Source: Chiloscyllium plagiosum
Taxonomy: Eukaryota
Length of the DNA stretch: 64,000 nt
Reading direction: 5' to 3'
Assembly (NCBI RefSeq): GCF_004010195.1
Contig: NC_057719.1
Coordinates: 1,340,195-1,404,194, forward strand
A program made the position numbers and the translations under genes. Shown one piece after another: positions 1-11,744 of the stretch. Position 1 is the stretch's first letter. Each line of letters opens with the position of its first letter. Under the pieces are notes generated by a model that worked only from the letters and a program-made list of their open reading frames with translations, did not search any database and was not told where the DNA came from.

Positions 1-3000
1 GGAACGGATGTTGCAGGTTCCAGGGTTTACATCTTTCATTAAGAACAGGCAAGGCGGTAAAAGAGAGGGAGGTGTGGCCTTGTTAGTCAAGGATAGTATA
101 ACAGTGGCAGAGAGAACTTTTGAAGAGGACTTGTCTACTGAGGTAATGTGGGTTGAGGTTAGAAACAGGAGAGGAGAGGTCACACTGCTCGGAGTTTTTT
201 ATAGGCCTCCACAGAGTTCCAGGGAGGTAGAAGAGAGGATTAGTAAAATTATTCTGGGTAGGAGTGAAAGGAACAGGGTGGTCATTATGGGGGCCTTTAA
301 CTTCCCCAATATTGACTGGAAATGCTATAACTCTAGTATGTCGGATGGATCAGTTTTTGTCCAATGTGTACAGGAGGGTTTCCTGACACAGTATGTCGAA
401 GGGTGGACAAGAGGGGAGGTCACACTGGATCTGGTGCTTGGTAATGAACCAGGCCAGGTGTTTGATTTAGTTGTAAGTGAACACTTTGGTGAGTGACCAT
501 AATTCGGTTACGTTTAGTTTAGCGATTAGATTAGATTACTTACAGTGTGGAAACAGGCCCTTCGGCCCAACAAGTCCACACCGACCCGCCGAAGCGCAAC
601 CCACCCATACCCCTACATTTACCCCTTTAACCTAACACTATGGGCATTTAGCATGGCCAATTCACCTGACCCGCACATCTTTGGACTGTGGGAGGAAACC
701 GGAGCACCCGGAGGAAACCCACGCAGACACGGGGAGAATGTGCAAACTCCACACAGTCAGTCGCCTGAGTCGGGAATTGAACCCAGGTCTCTGGTGCTGT
801 GAGGCAGCAGTGCTAACCACTGTGCCACCGTGCCGATGGAAAGGGATAGGTACATTCCACAGGTCAAGAGTTATCGATGGGGCAAGGGCAATTATAATGT
901 GATTAGGCAAGAATTAGGATGCATAGAATAGGGTAGCAAAATGCAGGGGATGGGGACAATGGAAATGTGGAGCTGGTTTAAGGAACAGATATTGCGTGTC
1001 CTTGATAGGTATGCCCCTGTCAGGCAGGGAGGAAGTGATAAGGTAAGTGAAGCATGATTTACCACAGAAATTGCATCTCTTATTAAGTGGAAGAGGGAGG
1101 CTTATGTGACGCTGAGGTGAGATGGTACAGATGAGGCGATGGAGAGTTACAGATCAGCGAGGAAGGATTTAAAGAGAGAGTTAAGAAGAGCAAAGAGAGG
1201 ACACGAGCAGTCTTTAGCAAATAGAATAAAGGAGAACCCTAAAACCTTCTATACGTATGTGAGGAATAAAAGGATAACGAGGGTAGGAATAGGGCCAGTC
1301 ACAGACAGAAGTGGGAAGTTGAGTGTGGACCCTGTGGAGATCGGAGAGGTGCTAAACGAACATTTCTCATCGGTTTTCACTCAGGAAAAGGAGAATATTG
1401 TAGAGCAGAAGAATGAGGTGTGTGATATTAGACTAGAAAGGATCGAGGTTAGTTACAAACAGGTGTTATCAATTCTAGAAGGAGTGAAAGTAGACAAGTC
1501 CCCTGGGTCGGATGGGATTTATCTGAAGATTCTCTGGGAAGATAGGGAGGAGATAGCTAAGCCTTTGGCTTTGATATTTGAGTCGTCATTGTCTACAGGT
1601 TTAGTACCTGAGGACTGGAGGATTGCAAATGTTGTGCCCTTGTTCAAGAAGGGCAGTAGAGATGACCCAGGTAATTATAGACCAGTGAGTCTTACTACTG
1701 TTATAGGAAAGGTTTTGGAAAGGATTATAAGAGAGAAGATTTATAATCATCTAGTAAGCAACAATTTGATTTAAGATAGTCAACATGGTTTTGTCAAGGG
1801 CAGGTTGTGTCTCACAAACCTCATTGAGGTTTTTGAGAAGGTGACCAAGCATGTGGATGAGGGTAAGGCAGTTGACATAGTGTACATGGACTTCAGTAAA
1901 GCCTTTGATAAGGTTCCACATGGTAGGAGGTTGGAGAAAATGCACAGGCATGGGATTGAGGGTGATTTAGCAATTTGGATTAGAAACTGGCTTTCTGTAA
2001 GAAGGCAGCGAGTGGTGGTTGATGGAAAATATTCAGCCTGGAGTCCAGTTACTAGTGGTGTGCCACAAGGATCTGTTTTGGGACCACTGCTGTTTGTCAT
2101 TTTTATAAATGACTTAGACGCAGGCATAGGTGGATGGGTTAGTAAATTTGCAGATGATACTAAAGTCGGTGGATAGTGGACAGTTTGGAAGTATGTCACA
2201 GGTTGCAGGGGGACTTGGATAAACTGCAGAATTGGGCTGAGAGGTGGCAAATGGAGTTCAATGCAGCTAAATGTGAGGTGATGCACTTTGAGAAGAATAA
2301 CAGGAAGGCAGAATACTGGGTCAGTGGAAAGATTCTTGGTAGTGTGGATGTGCAGAGGGATCTTGGTGTCTATGTACATAGATCCCTGAAAGTTGCCACC
2401 CAGGTGGATAGTGCTGTTAAGAAGGCATACGGTGTGTTAGGTTTCATTGGTAGACGGATTGAATTCCGCAGCCGCAATATCATGCTGCAACTATACAAAA
2501 CGCTGGTGCGGCCACACTTGGAATATTGTGAAGTTCTGGTTGCCATACTTTGGGAAGGATGTGGAAGCATTGGAAAAGGTGCAGAGGAGATTTACCAGGA
2601 TGTTGCCTGGTCTGGAGGGAAGGTCTTATGAGGAAAGACTGAGAGACTTGGGTCTGTTCTCATTGGAGAGAAGAAGGCTAAGGGGGGATTTGATACAGAC
2701 ATACAAGATGATCAGAGGATTAGATAGTGTAGACAGTGAAAGTCTTTTTCCTAGGATGATGACGTCAGCTTATATGATGGGGTAAACTACAAATTGAGGG
2801 GTGATAGATTTAAGACAGATGTCAGAGGCAGGTTCTTTACTCAGAGAATGGTAAGGGCTGCTGCCACATTAGGGAGAATTAAACAATCCTTGGATAAGCA
2901 CATGGATGATTTTGGGATAGTGTAGGGGGAACGAGCTGAGAATAGTTCACAGGTCGGTGCAACATTGCGGGCCGAAGGGCCTGTTCTGTGCTGTATTGTT

Positions 3001-3015
3001 TTATGTTCTATGTTA
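1..3015 (+). mobile_element. CR1-clade LINE, most of ORF2 (APE endonuclease + RT), disrupted by stops, frameshifts and a SINE
   Basis: ORF pieces with [59 protein letters not shown]. 3' end TTCTATGTT-type tail. Confidence 0.95.
527..834 (-). mobile_element. HE1-like tRNA-derived V-SINE inserted in CR1
   Basis: Minus strand: A box TGGCACAGTGG, B box GGTTCAATTCC, V-domain GTGGGTTTCCTCCGGGTGCTCCGGTTTCCTCCCACAGTCCAAAGA, (TAATC)n tail. Confidence 0.9.
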
Positions 3016-3338
3016 CATACAGAGTAAAGCACCTTCTACACTGTCCCCATCAAACACTTCCAGGACAGGGACAGAATGCCAGAGGTACTAACACATATCT
3101 TAATAACTGAATCTCCCACTTACCATTCTGATAGAGAGGGCTGGTTCTGTTCTGGCTGGGAATACCTGTGTAGGTTTCAGGGAGGTTTGAGTGGTTGGTA
3201 TTGCTGTTGTGTTTCTGTGAAAAATTCAGAGGATGAGGTCCATCTGCCAATGGGTCTGAGCTGATGCGTGGGGTACAGTTAGTCATTAAGGAGTGAGGTT
3301 TTTCCCCAGTTACTGATCATTATTTTCTCATTGTTCAG

Positions 3339-3533
3339 GCGCCTTCAGACAAGGAGACCTCCAATAAACACCATCCTGAACCAACGCTCGCCAGTCCTTA
3401 CCTCACTGATCCAGACCCCTCGGGAAAAGTCAGCGTACCTCTTCAAACACCACCACGTGAATCCAAAGTTCCGAGCTGATGTGGCAGACCAGAAGACCAA
3501 GGTGCTGGACCTGAAGCTGGAATTGGCTGAGAG
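3339..3533 (+). CDS. Putative internal coding exon of an unidentified gene (phase 2-2)
   Basis: Acceptor tattttctcattgttcAG and donor AG|GTAAGG. 195 nt, only one open frame (RLQTRRPPINTILNQRSP...KTKVLDLKLELAE), non-repetitive. Confidence 0.65.
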
Positions 3534-3660
3534 GTAAGGGGGCAATCAAAACAAATGAACCCCATGCAGACCAGGTGACTGCTCCTTTCCACACAGAGAA
3601 TGAGGCAGCACAGAACAGGCCATTCTGCCCCAGCGTGCCAATGCTGGCTTTTTGAAATGC

Positions 3661-3752
3661 ATTCCTGAAGAAGGGCTTATGCCCGAAACGTCGATTCTCC
3701 TGTTCCCTGGATGCTGCCTGACCTGCTGCGCTTTTGCAGCAACACATTTTCA
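3661..3752 (+). mobile_element. PLE pseudo-LTR fragment beginning at its hammerhead motif
   Basis: ATTC-CTGAAGA-A-GGGC-TTAT-GCCC-GAAACGTC followed by the conserved pLTR body seen in other copies. Confidence 0.8.
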
Positions 3753-3829
3753 GTTTTTGAAATGCAATCCAATTATTTTGATTCCACCCCATTGGACTTT
3801 GTCCAAAGCCTTGCGATTTATTTTCCTGG

Positions 3830-4036
3830 GGAGAAAAAGAGAACTGCAGATGCTGAAGATCAGAGTCAAAAACTGTGACGCTGGAAAAGCACAGCCGGTC
3901 AGGCAGCATCTGAGGAGCAGGCGAGTCGATGTTTCAGGCCATTCCTAATGAAGAACTATCCCCAGAAGATTCTCCTGCTCCTCGGATGCTGCCTGACCTG
4001 CTGTGCCTTTCCAGCACCACACTCTCGACTCTGATT
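3830..4036. mobile_element. Palindromic mini-PLE (older copy)
   Basis: Inverted pLTR arms plus reverse-complement tail GAACTGCAGATGCTGAAGATCAGAG. No clear TSD. Confidence 0.7.
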
Positions 4037-4062
4037 TCTTTTCTTTGTTTAAGAAGGCAATG

Positions 4063-4500
4063 ACAGAGATTCATATAGCTTATAGCACAGAAACAGACTT
4101 TTCGGTCCAACTTGTCCATGCTGACCAAATATCCTAAATTAATCTAGTTGCATTTGCCAGCATTTGGCCCGTATCCCTCCAAACCCTTCCTATTCGTATA
4201 CCCATCCAGATGCCTTTTAAATGTTGTAATTGTACCAGCCTCCACCACTTCCTCTGGCAGCTCATTCCATACATGCACCACCCTTTGTGTGATAAAGTTG
4301 CCCCCTTAGGTCCCTTCTATATCTTTCCCCTCTCACCCTAAACATATGCCCTCTAGTTCTGGATTCCCCGACCCCAGGTAAAGACCTTGTCTATTCGCCC
4401 TATCCATGCTCCTCATGATTTTATAAACTGCTATAAGGTCACTCCTTAGCCTCTGATGCTCCAGGGAAAACAGCCCCAGCATCCAAACCCTCCGACCCTG
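4063..4500 (-). mobile_element. CR1 LINE 3' fragment
   Basis: Similar to CR1 3' ends at 15015-15705 and 26925-27780. Confidence 0.8.
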
Positions 4501-4782
4501 GCATGGTGGGTATTGTTGCTAGGACTGTTAGACATGACAGGTAGTTGGGTCTGAATCCAATTCGCCAAACAAATCTGGAGTTCAGGGTCTATGATGACCA
4601 TGTTGTTGGGGGAAAATCCGACTGGTTCATGAAGGTCCTTTAGGGAAGGAAATCTGCCATCCTGACCTGGTCTGACCTACATGTGACTCCAGACCCACAG
4701 CAATGTCGCTGTTTCTTAACCGCTCTCTGAGCAGTCAACACTGGTTTAACCAGCAAGACATACACTTAATGCATGAGTTTAA
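4500..4782 (+). mobile_element. Deu-type (SacSINE1-like) SINE
   Basis: Core CCTTTAGGGAAGGAAATCTGCCATCCTGACCTGGTCTGACCTACATGTGACTCCAGACCCACAGCAATG, shared with several other copies. Confidence 0.65.
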
Positions 4783-4820
4783 AGAAGATCTTGGAGAGAT
4801 GAGCTTTCTCTTGCTTTCAG

Positions 4821-4973
4821 TTTTCAGTATATGGAATTCTTGGTGGTGGGAGCTGATTCTGTGAAACGGAGTTGGTCAGATCCTCCAGAATGGCTAACTA
4901 ACAGAGTTACTGAGAATGAAACAGGATGTGACGTAAAGCAAGACCACTGTTTCTCAGAGCCAGTACAACTACA
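4821..4973 (+). CDS. Putative internal coding exon of the same unidentified gene (phase 2-2; donor uncertain)
   Basis: Acceptor ctttctcttgctttcAG. The only long open frame is phase 2, matching the previous exon (FQYMEFLVVGADSVKRSWSDPPEWL...HCFSEPVQL). Candidate donor CA|GTGGGT at 4974. Confidence 0.5.
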
Positions 4974-5184
4974 GTGGGTGGAATGGCCTTCCTCCTGGAT
5001 GAAAATTGCAATGAGTTTTCAGACCCTTCATAGGAGTGAATTCCCTCATCTGCTCCCGGGGAGAAGAGGGCCTGAGACTCTAACCTTCCTGAACCAGATC
5101 AAGGGGGAGAGAACATTCAGGGAATGTGCTGGTGAAGGGTGCACCAGGCACAGAGGCTTTGAGTGAGGTCAGGCTAGGATTCAG

Positions 5185-5390
5185 AGCTGAGAGTGTGCTG
5201 CTTGTAAAGCACAGCAGGTCAGGCAGCATTTGAGGAGCAGGAGAATCGACGCTTCAGGCAGGAATCCTGATGAAAGGCTCTGGCCCAAAGCATTGATTTT
5301 CCTGTTCCTCGAATGCTGCTGGACCTGCTGTGCTTTTCCAGCACCACACTCTCGGCTCTGATCTCCAGCATCTGCAGATCTCACTGTCTC
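5185..5390. mobile_element. Palindromic mini-PLE with 17-bp TSD
   Basis: TSD GTCAGGCTAGGATTCAG at 5168-5184 and 5391-5407. Inverted arms meet at a hammerhead motif. 3' tail ATCTCCAGCATCTGCAGATCTCAC. Confidence 0.85.
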
Positions 5391-5686
5391 GTCAGGCTAG
5401 GATTCAGTCTGCTGGCTGAGTAGTGGGCCAGAGCTCAGTGTCCTGGGTCACACTGGGCACTCAGTCAGATAGAGATACACCTCAACATCTGCACGCCCAT
5501 ATCTCAAAGTCAGTACCCTCATCAGCAGAGGGGTAGGTTACTGCTCATCACTGAGACTCAGGGAATGTGAGATGGTATATCAGAACATGTTACTGGGGCT
5601 TGTGGAAATTGCTGGACAATATTAACGATCTCAAATGCATTTGAAAGGAGAAGTGATGGATTCTATCATTGGCTGTGTATTTCATT

Positions 5687-6372
5687 CTCTCCTGAAGGGG
5701 CTGTCTCTCACTGAGGTACAGCGTCCCCCTCCCTCTCCTGAAGGGGCTGACCCTCACTGGGGTACGGGGTCCCCCTCCCTCTCCTGAAGGGGCGGACTCT
5801 CACTGGAGTACGGGGTCCCCCTCTCTCTCCTGAAGGGGCTGACCCTCACTGGGGTATGGGGTCCCCCTCCCTCTCCTGAAGGGGTGGACTCTCACTGGGG
5901 TACGGGGTCCCCCTCTCTCTCCTGAAGGGGCTGACCCTCACTGGGGTATGGGGTCCCCCTCCCTCTCCTGAAGGGGCTGACTCTCACTGAGGTACAGCGT
6001 CCCCCTCCCTCTCCTGAAGGGGCTGACCCTCACTGGGGTACGGGGTCCCCCTCCCTCTCCTGAAGAGGCTGCTCTCACTGGGATACGGGGTCCCCCTCCC
6101 TCTCCTGAAGGGGCTGCTCTCACTGGGGTACGGGGTCCCCCTCCCTCTCCTGAAGGGGCTGACCCTCACTGGGGTACGGGGTCTCCCTCCCTCTCCTGAA
6201 GGGGCTGACTCTCACTGGGGTATGATGTCCCCCTCCCTCTCCTGAAGGGGCTGACCCTCACTGGGGTACGGGGTCCCCCTCCCTCTCCTGAAGGGGCTGA
6301 CTCTCACTGGGGTACAGGTTCCCCCTCCTTCTCTTGAAGATGCTGAGTCTCACTGGGGTCCCCCTCCTCTCC
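5687..6372. repeat. 46-bp minisatellite, about 15 copies
   Basis: Unit CTCTCCTGAAGGGGCTGACCCTCACTGGGGTACGGGGTCCCCCTCC, with no spacers. Confidence 0.95.
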
Positions 6373-6636
6373 TACTCTCACTACCCTCAGAGGAAAAGAA
6401 ATCTCCTCACCTCTGTCTTAAATATTCGACCTTTACTCTGGAGTCATTGTTTTAAATTAGCTCCCTCTAGGGACTGCGAAGGCAAGTGTTTCTCCCTACC
6501 CCTTATCCCAGATGTAATAATCTACCAGTGAATGGGGTTAAACAGGCACTCTCTGCTCTTCACTCACCAATGTGTCTACCAGTTCTGTCGCCTTGGGTGG
6601 GGGAGTTCTCTTGATGTGCTTTGGTCTGAGCTTCAG

Positions 6637-7782
6637 GGTTGAAACTTTATTGCTGGAACAGCACAGCAGGTCAGGCAGCATCCAGGGAACAGGAGATTCG
6701 ACGTTTCGGGCACAGGCCCTTCTTCAGGAATGAGCAGAGAGTGTTCAGCAAGAGAAGATAAAAGGTAGGGAGGAGGGACTTGGAGGAGGGGCGTTGGAAA
6801 TGTGATAGGTGGAAAGAGGTCAAGGTGAGGGTGATAGGTCGGAGTAGGATGGAGGCGGAGAGGTCAAGAAGAAGACTGCAGGTCAGGAAGGCGGCGCCGG
6901 GCTGGGGGGACCCGGCGGAGACAAGGTGGGGGGAGGGGGGAAGAAGAAACTGGTGAAGTCCAAGTTCATCCCCTGCGGTTGGAGGGTTCCCAGTCGGAAG
7001 ATAAGACGCTCCTCCTCCGACCGTCGGGTTGTTGTGGTTTGGCGGTGGATGAGTCCAATGACCTGCATATCCTCGGTGGAGTGGGAGGGGGAGTGGAAAT
7101 GCTGTGCTACAGGTCATGTCCTTACCTGAGAAGAATATCCTTGTCTTCATAGAAGTACAACAAATTCCTATGTCGAGAGGGCTGCTTTGTCCGAAGAGAT
7201 GGAGTAGACGGAGCGAAATTCTCTGGAACTTAATAAAATGTTTAGAGGGATTGACAGTGGAGATGCAGAGAAGATATATCTCTGTGTTGTAAAGTCTCGT
7301 GCTGGGGGGCCATTGCCTCAGGATAAGGAATAGCTATTCAGGATTGAAATTAACAGCAGTTTCTTTTCTCAAAAGGTTGTGAATCTTCAGAATTGTGTAC
7401 CTCAGAGAATTGTGAGTGCACAGTTGTTGAGCATAATAAAGGATTTGATGGATGAATTTTTGGAGTTTAAGGGAATCAAAAGATACAGTGATAGTGCAGG
7501 AGAGTGAGATTGCAGTATAAAAAAAGGATTTAGAGGCTTGGATTGCTCCCTTTTCTTGCGTTTATATGTTTTCCACCTATCACATTTCCAACTCCCCTCC
7601 TCCAAGTCCCTCCTCCCTACCTTTTATCTTCTCTTGCTGAACACTCTCTGCTCATTCCTGAAGAAGGGCCTGTGCCCGAAACGTCGAATCTCCTGTTCCC
7701 TGGATGCTGCCTGACCTGCTGTGCTGTTCCAGCAATAAAGTTTCAACTTTGATCACCAGCATCTGCAGACCTCACTTTCTCC
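6637..7782. mobile_element. Young PLE insertion with inverted pLTR arms, GIY-YIG C-terminal fragment and captured internal DNA; 16-bp TSD
   Basis: TSD TTGGTCTGAGCTTCAG at 6621-6636 and 7783-7798. Arms 6638-6815 and 7570-7747 are near-identical. Minus-strand peptide RRSEEERLIFRLGTLQPQGMNLDF. Confidence 0.9.
7654..7689 (+). ncRNA. Minimal type-I hammerhead ribozyme motif in a PLE pLTR (inverted twin at 6696-6731)
   Basis: Stem I ATTC/GAAT, core CTGAAGA, stem II GGGC-CTGT-GCCC, GAAA, palindromic ACGT. Predicted cleavage after GTC at 7685. Confidence 0.8.
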
Positions 7783-8010
7783 TTGGTCTGAGCTTCAGTC
7801 AGATTGTGGACCCTAGCTGGATAGCGTGGCTGGGGACAGAATTAAGTTGGACCAGTGCCCCCTCCAGGCTAATGAGTGAACTGACCCTTCAGGATTAGAT
7901 GTGACTGTAAGCACCCTACAAACCAGTGAGAGACCAACATCTTGGAGAAATGAGCCGAGGAGCTGATGGTGAAAAGCCTTCTTTCACACTGTTTGTTCTG
8001 TTTCTTTCAG

Positions 8011-8251
8011 CATTGGGATCATCGGAGAGCCTTTCTCAAATTTCTTTTCAGATACACTCATCCCCATTGATTCTTACATCGAGAATGAAGGGACTGAGGA
8101 GTCAGTGGATGAGGAGGCTCTACTACAAAAGAGTGGATACTCTCATTCAACAGCCATCGAGTCCTCTCTGGGAGATATGAACTCCCATCATCAATATCTG
8201 GACATGTCGAGGGCTACAACTGTAGCTGCAGACTCTGAATACAACCTGTAA
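8011..8251 (+). CDS. Putative terminal coding exon of the same unidentified gene
   Basis: Acceptor gtttgttctgtttctttcAG. Phase-2 frame IGIIGEPFSNFFSDTLIPIDSYIENEGTEESVDEE...ADSEYNL* ends with TAA at 8249-8251. AATAAA follows at 8295. Confidence 0.6.
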
Positions 8252-8294
8252 ATGAGCAGGTTACACAACCAAAACTCACTTTAACCTATTTAGG

Positions 8295-8300
8295 AATAAA
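8295..8300 (+). terminator. Candidate polyadenylation signal of the upstream unidentified gene
   Basis: AATAAA 44 nt after the putative stop codon, followed by T/GT-rich sequence. Confidence 0.4.
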
Positions 8301-8449
8301 CCTTTTACTCTTTGCAAGCAAGTTACTTTGTTGTCTGATTGGGAGTCTCTCCCAATCCCATCCCCTCACTCGGCTCCTGATTCTTATAATCCAAGAAAGT
8401 GAAAGCCAACCCCAAGTTGCAACATTGCTTGTAGACCTGACCACCATCT

Positions 8450-8877
8450 GCACACACTCAGACACACAGACACAAACACACATCCACAGACACATGTACA
8501 CGCACAGACACACTCATGCACAGACACACTCACACACAGGCACGCACACGCGCATAGACACACACGTGCACAGACACACACACACAGGCACGCACACACG
8601 CATAGACACACACGCGCACAGACACACACACACACTTAGACATGCACAGACACACACACAGGCACGCACGCACGCATAGACACACACACGCGCACAGACA
8701 CACACACACAGGCACGCACACACGCAGGCATGCACACACACGACACGCACACACACGCACACAGGCACACACACACACACTTAGACATACAAACACACAC
8801 ACACAGACACACATGCACACATACACAGGCGCACACACACATTAGACATGCACAGATACACATACACACACACACCC
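8450..8877. repeat. Compound (CA)n/(CACG)-rich microsatellite with internal higher-order blocks
   Basis: Direct inspection. Confidence 0.95.
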
Positions 8878-9119
8878 ATTTGAGAGTAGTATCTCTGAAC
8901 TTGAAGGGACTGGCATCGATAAGAACTAAAGGACTTGCGTTTCTGGCAAGCCTTCATTCCAACTTTGTTCTCCCTCAGAAAAGCCAGTGATAAAGGAGTG
9001 GAGCCAGTCTTTTTTTATAAACATTTATTGATGGGAAACAAGCATGCACCACCTGACCCAGACTGTATCTATTCACAGAGCCACAAGGAAATCATTGATT
9101 AATGATCCACCTGGATGCA

Positions 9120-9345
9120 TTAAACTCAGGGGAATACCTACAAGTACCGCTCCGAGCGACTCACCATCCTGACTTGGAAATATATCACCGTTCCTTCACT
9201 GTCGCTGGGTCAAAATTTCTGCCCTAAGGGCATTGTGGGTTCAAGCAGTTGAACTACAGCAGTTCAAGAAGGCAGCTCACTCCCACCTACTCAACTAGAA
9301 ATGGACAATCAATGCTGGCCCGTGTCACACTAGTGAATATTAAAA
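9120..9345 (+). mobile_element. 3' fragment of the L2/CR1-group LINE family also found at 46472-49620
   Basis: CTCACCATCCTGACTTGGAAATATATCACCGTTCCTTCACTGTC matches the reverse complement of about 46640-46685. Confidence 0.7.
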
Positions 9346-9459
9346 GTTGATAGCCATTCAGTAAGAGGGCTATTGTGGGGCAATGATAGTGCCCCAATCT
9401 CTCAGCCAGGGGTCCCAGATTCTAGTCCCACCCATTCTAGAGATGTTTAATTCCATCTT

Positions 9460-10572
9460 CAGTTAAACTTCAGTGATGAGGATAGATTGAAGAAGTTGGG
9501 ATTGTGTTCCTTGGAGAGAAAGCAGCTGAGAGGAGATTTAATAGAGTTTTCAATATCATGATTGGGCTGGACAGAGTAGAGAGGGAGAAGCTGTTCCCAC
9601 TTGAAAAAGGAACAAGAAAGAGGGGGTAAGTTTAAGGTGATGTGCAAAGGAAGCAAGAGTGATGTGAGGAAAAAACATTTTACACAACGAGTAGTTAGGG
9701 TCTAGAGTGCACTGCCTGGAAATGTGATGGAGGCAATTTCAATTGAGGCATTCATATGGGGCACTGGATGGTTATTTGGATCAAAATGGTGTACAGGGAT
9801 ATGGGGAGAAAGCAGGAGATTGGCATTGGGTAGTGATAGCAGTGGGTACTGCAGATGCTGAAGATTAGAGTCAAGGTTAGTGTGGTGCTGGAAAAGCACA
9901 GCAAGTCAGGCAGCATCCGAGGAGCAGGAAAAATCGATTTTGGGCAAAAGCCCTTCATCAGGAATGAGGCTGGGAGCCTCCGGGGTGGAGAGATAAATGG
10001 GAGGAGGGTGGGGCTGGAGGGAAGGTTGCTGAGAGTGTACTAGGTGGATGGAGGTGAGGGTAAAGGTGATAGGTCAGAGAGGAGGGTGAGGCGGATAGGT
10101 GGGAAGAAAGCTTGACTGGACAGGTCATGAGGATGGTGCTGAGCTGGAAGGTTGGAACTGGGGTAAGGTGGGGGGAAGGGAAATGAGGAAACTGGTGAAG
10201 TCCACATTGATGCCCTGGGGTTGAAGCATCCCGAGACGGAAAATGAGGCGTTCTTCCTCCAGGCGTCGGGTGTTGCGGGAGCGGCGGTGGAAGAGGCCCA
10301 GGACCTGCATGTTGGCAGAGTGGGAGCGGGAGTTGAAATGTTCAGCCACAGGGCGGTGTGGTTGATTGGTGTGGGTGTCCCGAAGATGTTCCCTAAAGCG
10401 CTCTGCGAGGAGGCGTCCAGTCTCCCCAATGTAGAGGAGACCACATCGGGAGCAGTTTTTTTTCAGTTGGTTCCGGAGCAAAGAGATTGGGTATTGATGC
10501 TCATTTGAAGAGCCAGTGCATGCATGATGGGCTGAATGGCCTCATTCTGTGCCATAACAATTCTGTGATCTT
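9460..10572 (+). mobile_element. CR1 3' fragment interrupted by a PLE
   Basis: CR1 3' motifs at 9460-9837, resuming at 10486. Confidence 0.7.
9838..10485 (-). mobile_element. PLE 3' fragment (GIY-YIG endonuclease + pLTR + tail)
   Basis: Peptide CSRCGLLYIGETGRLLAERFREH...VAEHFN...LEEERLIFRLG. Hammerhead motif at about 9935-9966 (-). Imperfect 13-bp TSD ATTGGGTA(G/T)TGAT at 9825-9837 and 10486-10498. Confidence 0.9.
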
Positions 10573-11001
10573 AGAACAGATTGATTAGAAACCAACTACG
10601 CAGGGAGCACTCAGGAGGTCTCAAAGCGAATTACAGTAATGCCGAATGAAGTACTTTTCAAGTGGTCATTATTGTAATGAAGGAAACATGGCAACCAATT
10701 TGCATGCAGCAAACTTCCGCAATATGATAATAGCCAAAATTAGTTTTAACAGTGCAATCTTCCTTTTATAATTAACCCAAAAAGAGCCTGTGTTTGACAG
10801 CTTGCCTTCCACCGCCTGTGACAGGTGGCAGGGATCACAGCAGCTCTACAACAGGCTGCTTCCCCCTCTCCCACTCCTACCACCATCAAATCTCTTGCCC
10901 AAAACTTCCAACCTGTGTCTCTATCACCGTTGATTGTTTCCGGTGCCTGAATGAGACTCTCTCATCCAAAAGACGACAAGCAATGTCTGCCTAGATTGTT
11001 G

Positions 11002-11744
11002 TGTTATGGACTCGGCCAGACCACTCAAAACATTCTAAAGCAGGCAGCCCTGACCGTTATTTTGCAATTTGTTTTGATAAGTGTACAGTGAAAATTACCC
11101 GGAGTAAGGTAGCTAGGTTGGCTATCTGGGTTTAAAACAGTCAAAAATTTATTCACAAAATTACGGAATGGAACACAACAGAATAAAGAACACCAACAGA
11201 GCTCAGTCTATCCAAACTAGACTTAATTATGCTGTGTGGAATATTCACAACAGTTCCAATAAACAAACCCCTTACAGACAGTAAAAATGAAACAAAGGCT
11301 TACAGGTTGAAGTTAGAAGGGCAGAAGGAGAGAGAGTCTAGCAGCCTGTTTCCACACAGCTCACAGCTGAACTCCTAACTTAACTTCAGTTTCTAGGACT
11401 GAACTGCTCAGCTAGAAAGCTGACCATGCCCCTTGACTTATATGGGTTACTTCTAAAAACATGAAAGCTTTGGCCTAAAGTCTTACCTGTGCACGTATAA
11501 AAAAAAGGCCTTTCATCTCTGCACCAAACCAGTTGATTCAGAGATTGAGTGGTTTACGACCCCTCTGAGAAAAAACAAGGAAACAGTATTCATACGCTCC
11601 AAAAGCTAGTGCTTCCACTGAAACCTGTTGGACTATAACCTGGTTTTGTGTGATTTTTAACTTTGTACACCCCAGTCCAAAACTGGCATCTCCAAATCTT
11701 GAGAAAAGGAACAGCTTTTAGAAAAAAGCACCAGTGTTGCGACA
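11002..11744 (-). mobile_element. Probable solo LTR (Gypsy-like), carrying a small PLE fragment at about 11590-11700
   Basis: Termini TGTTATG...GCGACA, flanks GTTG/CTTG (imperfect 4-bp TSD), minus-strand AATAAA near 11147-11152. Confidence 0.55.

Noticed and set aside
1..3015. Active autonomous CR1
   Set aside because: Several stops and frameshifts plus a SINE insertion
5687..6372. CRISPR-like array
   Set aside because: Head-to-tail repeats without unique spacers, in a vertebrate context with no cas genes
7926..8180. 84-aa ORF from the track as the terminal exon frame
   Set aside because: A different, phase-2 frame fits the upstream exons and ends near AATAAA. This frame is not fully excluded.
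8286..8990. Cys/Val- and His/Thr-rich ORFs (also 63683-63991)
   Set aside because: Translations of microsatellites
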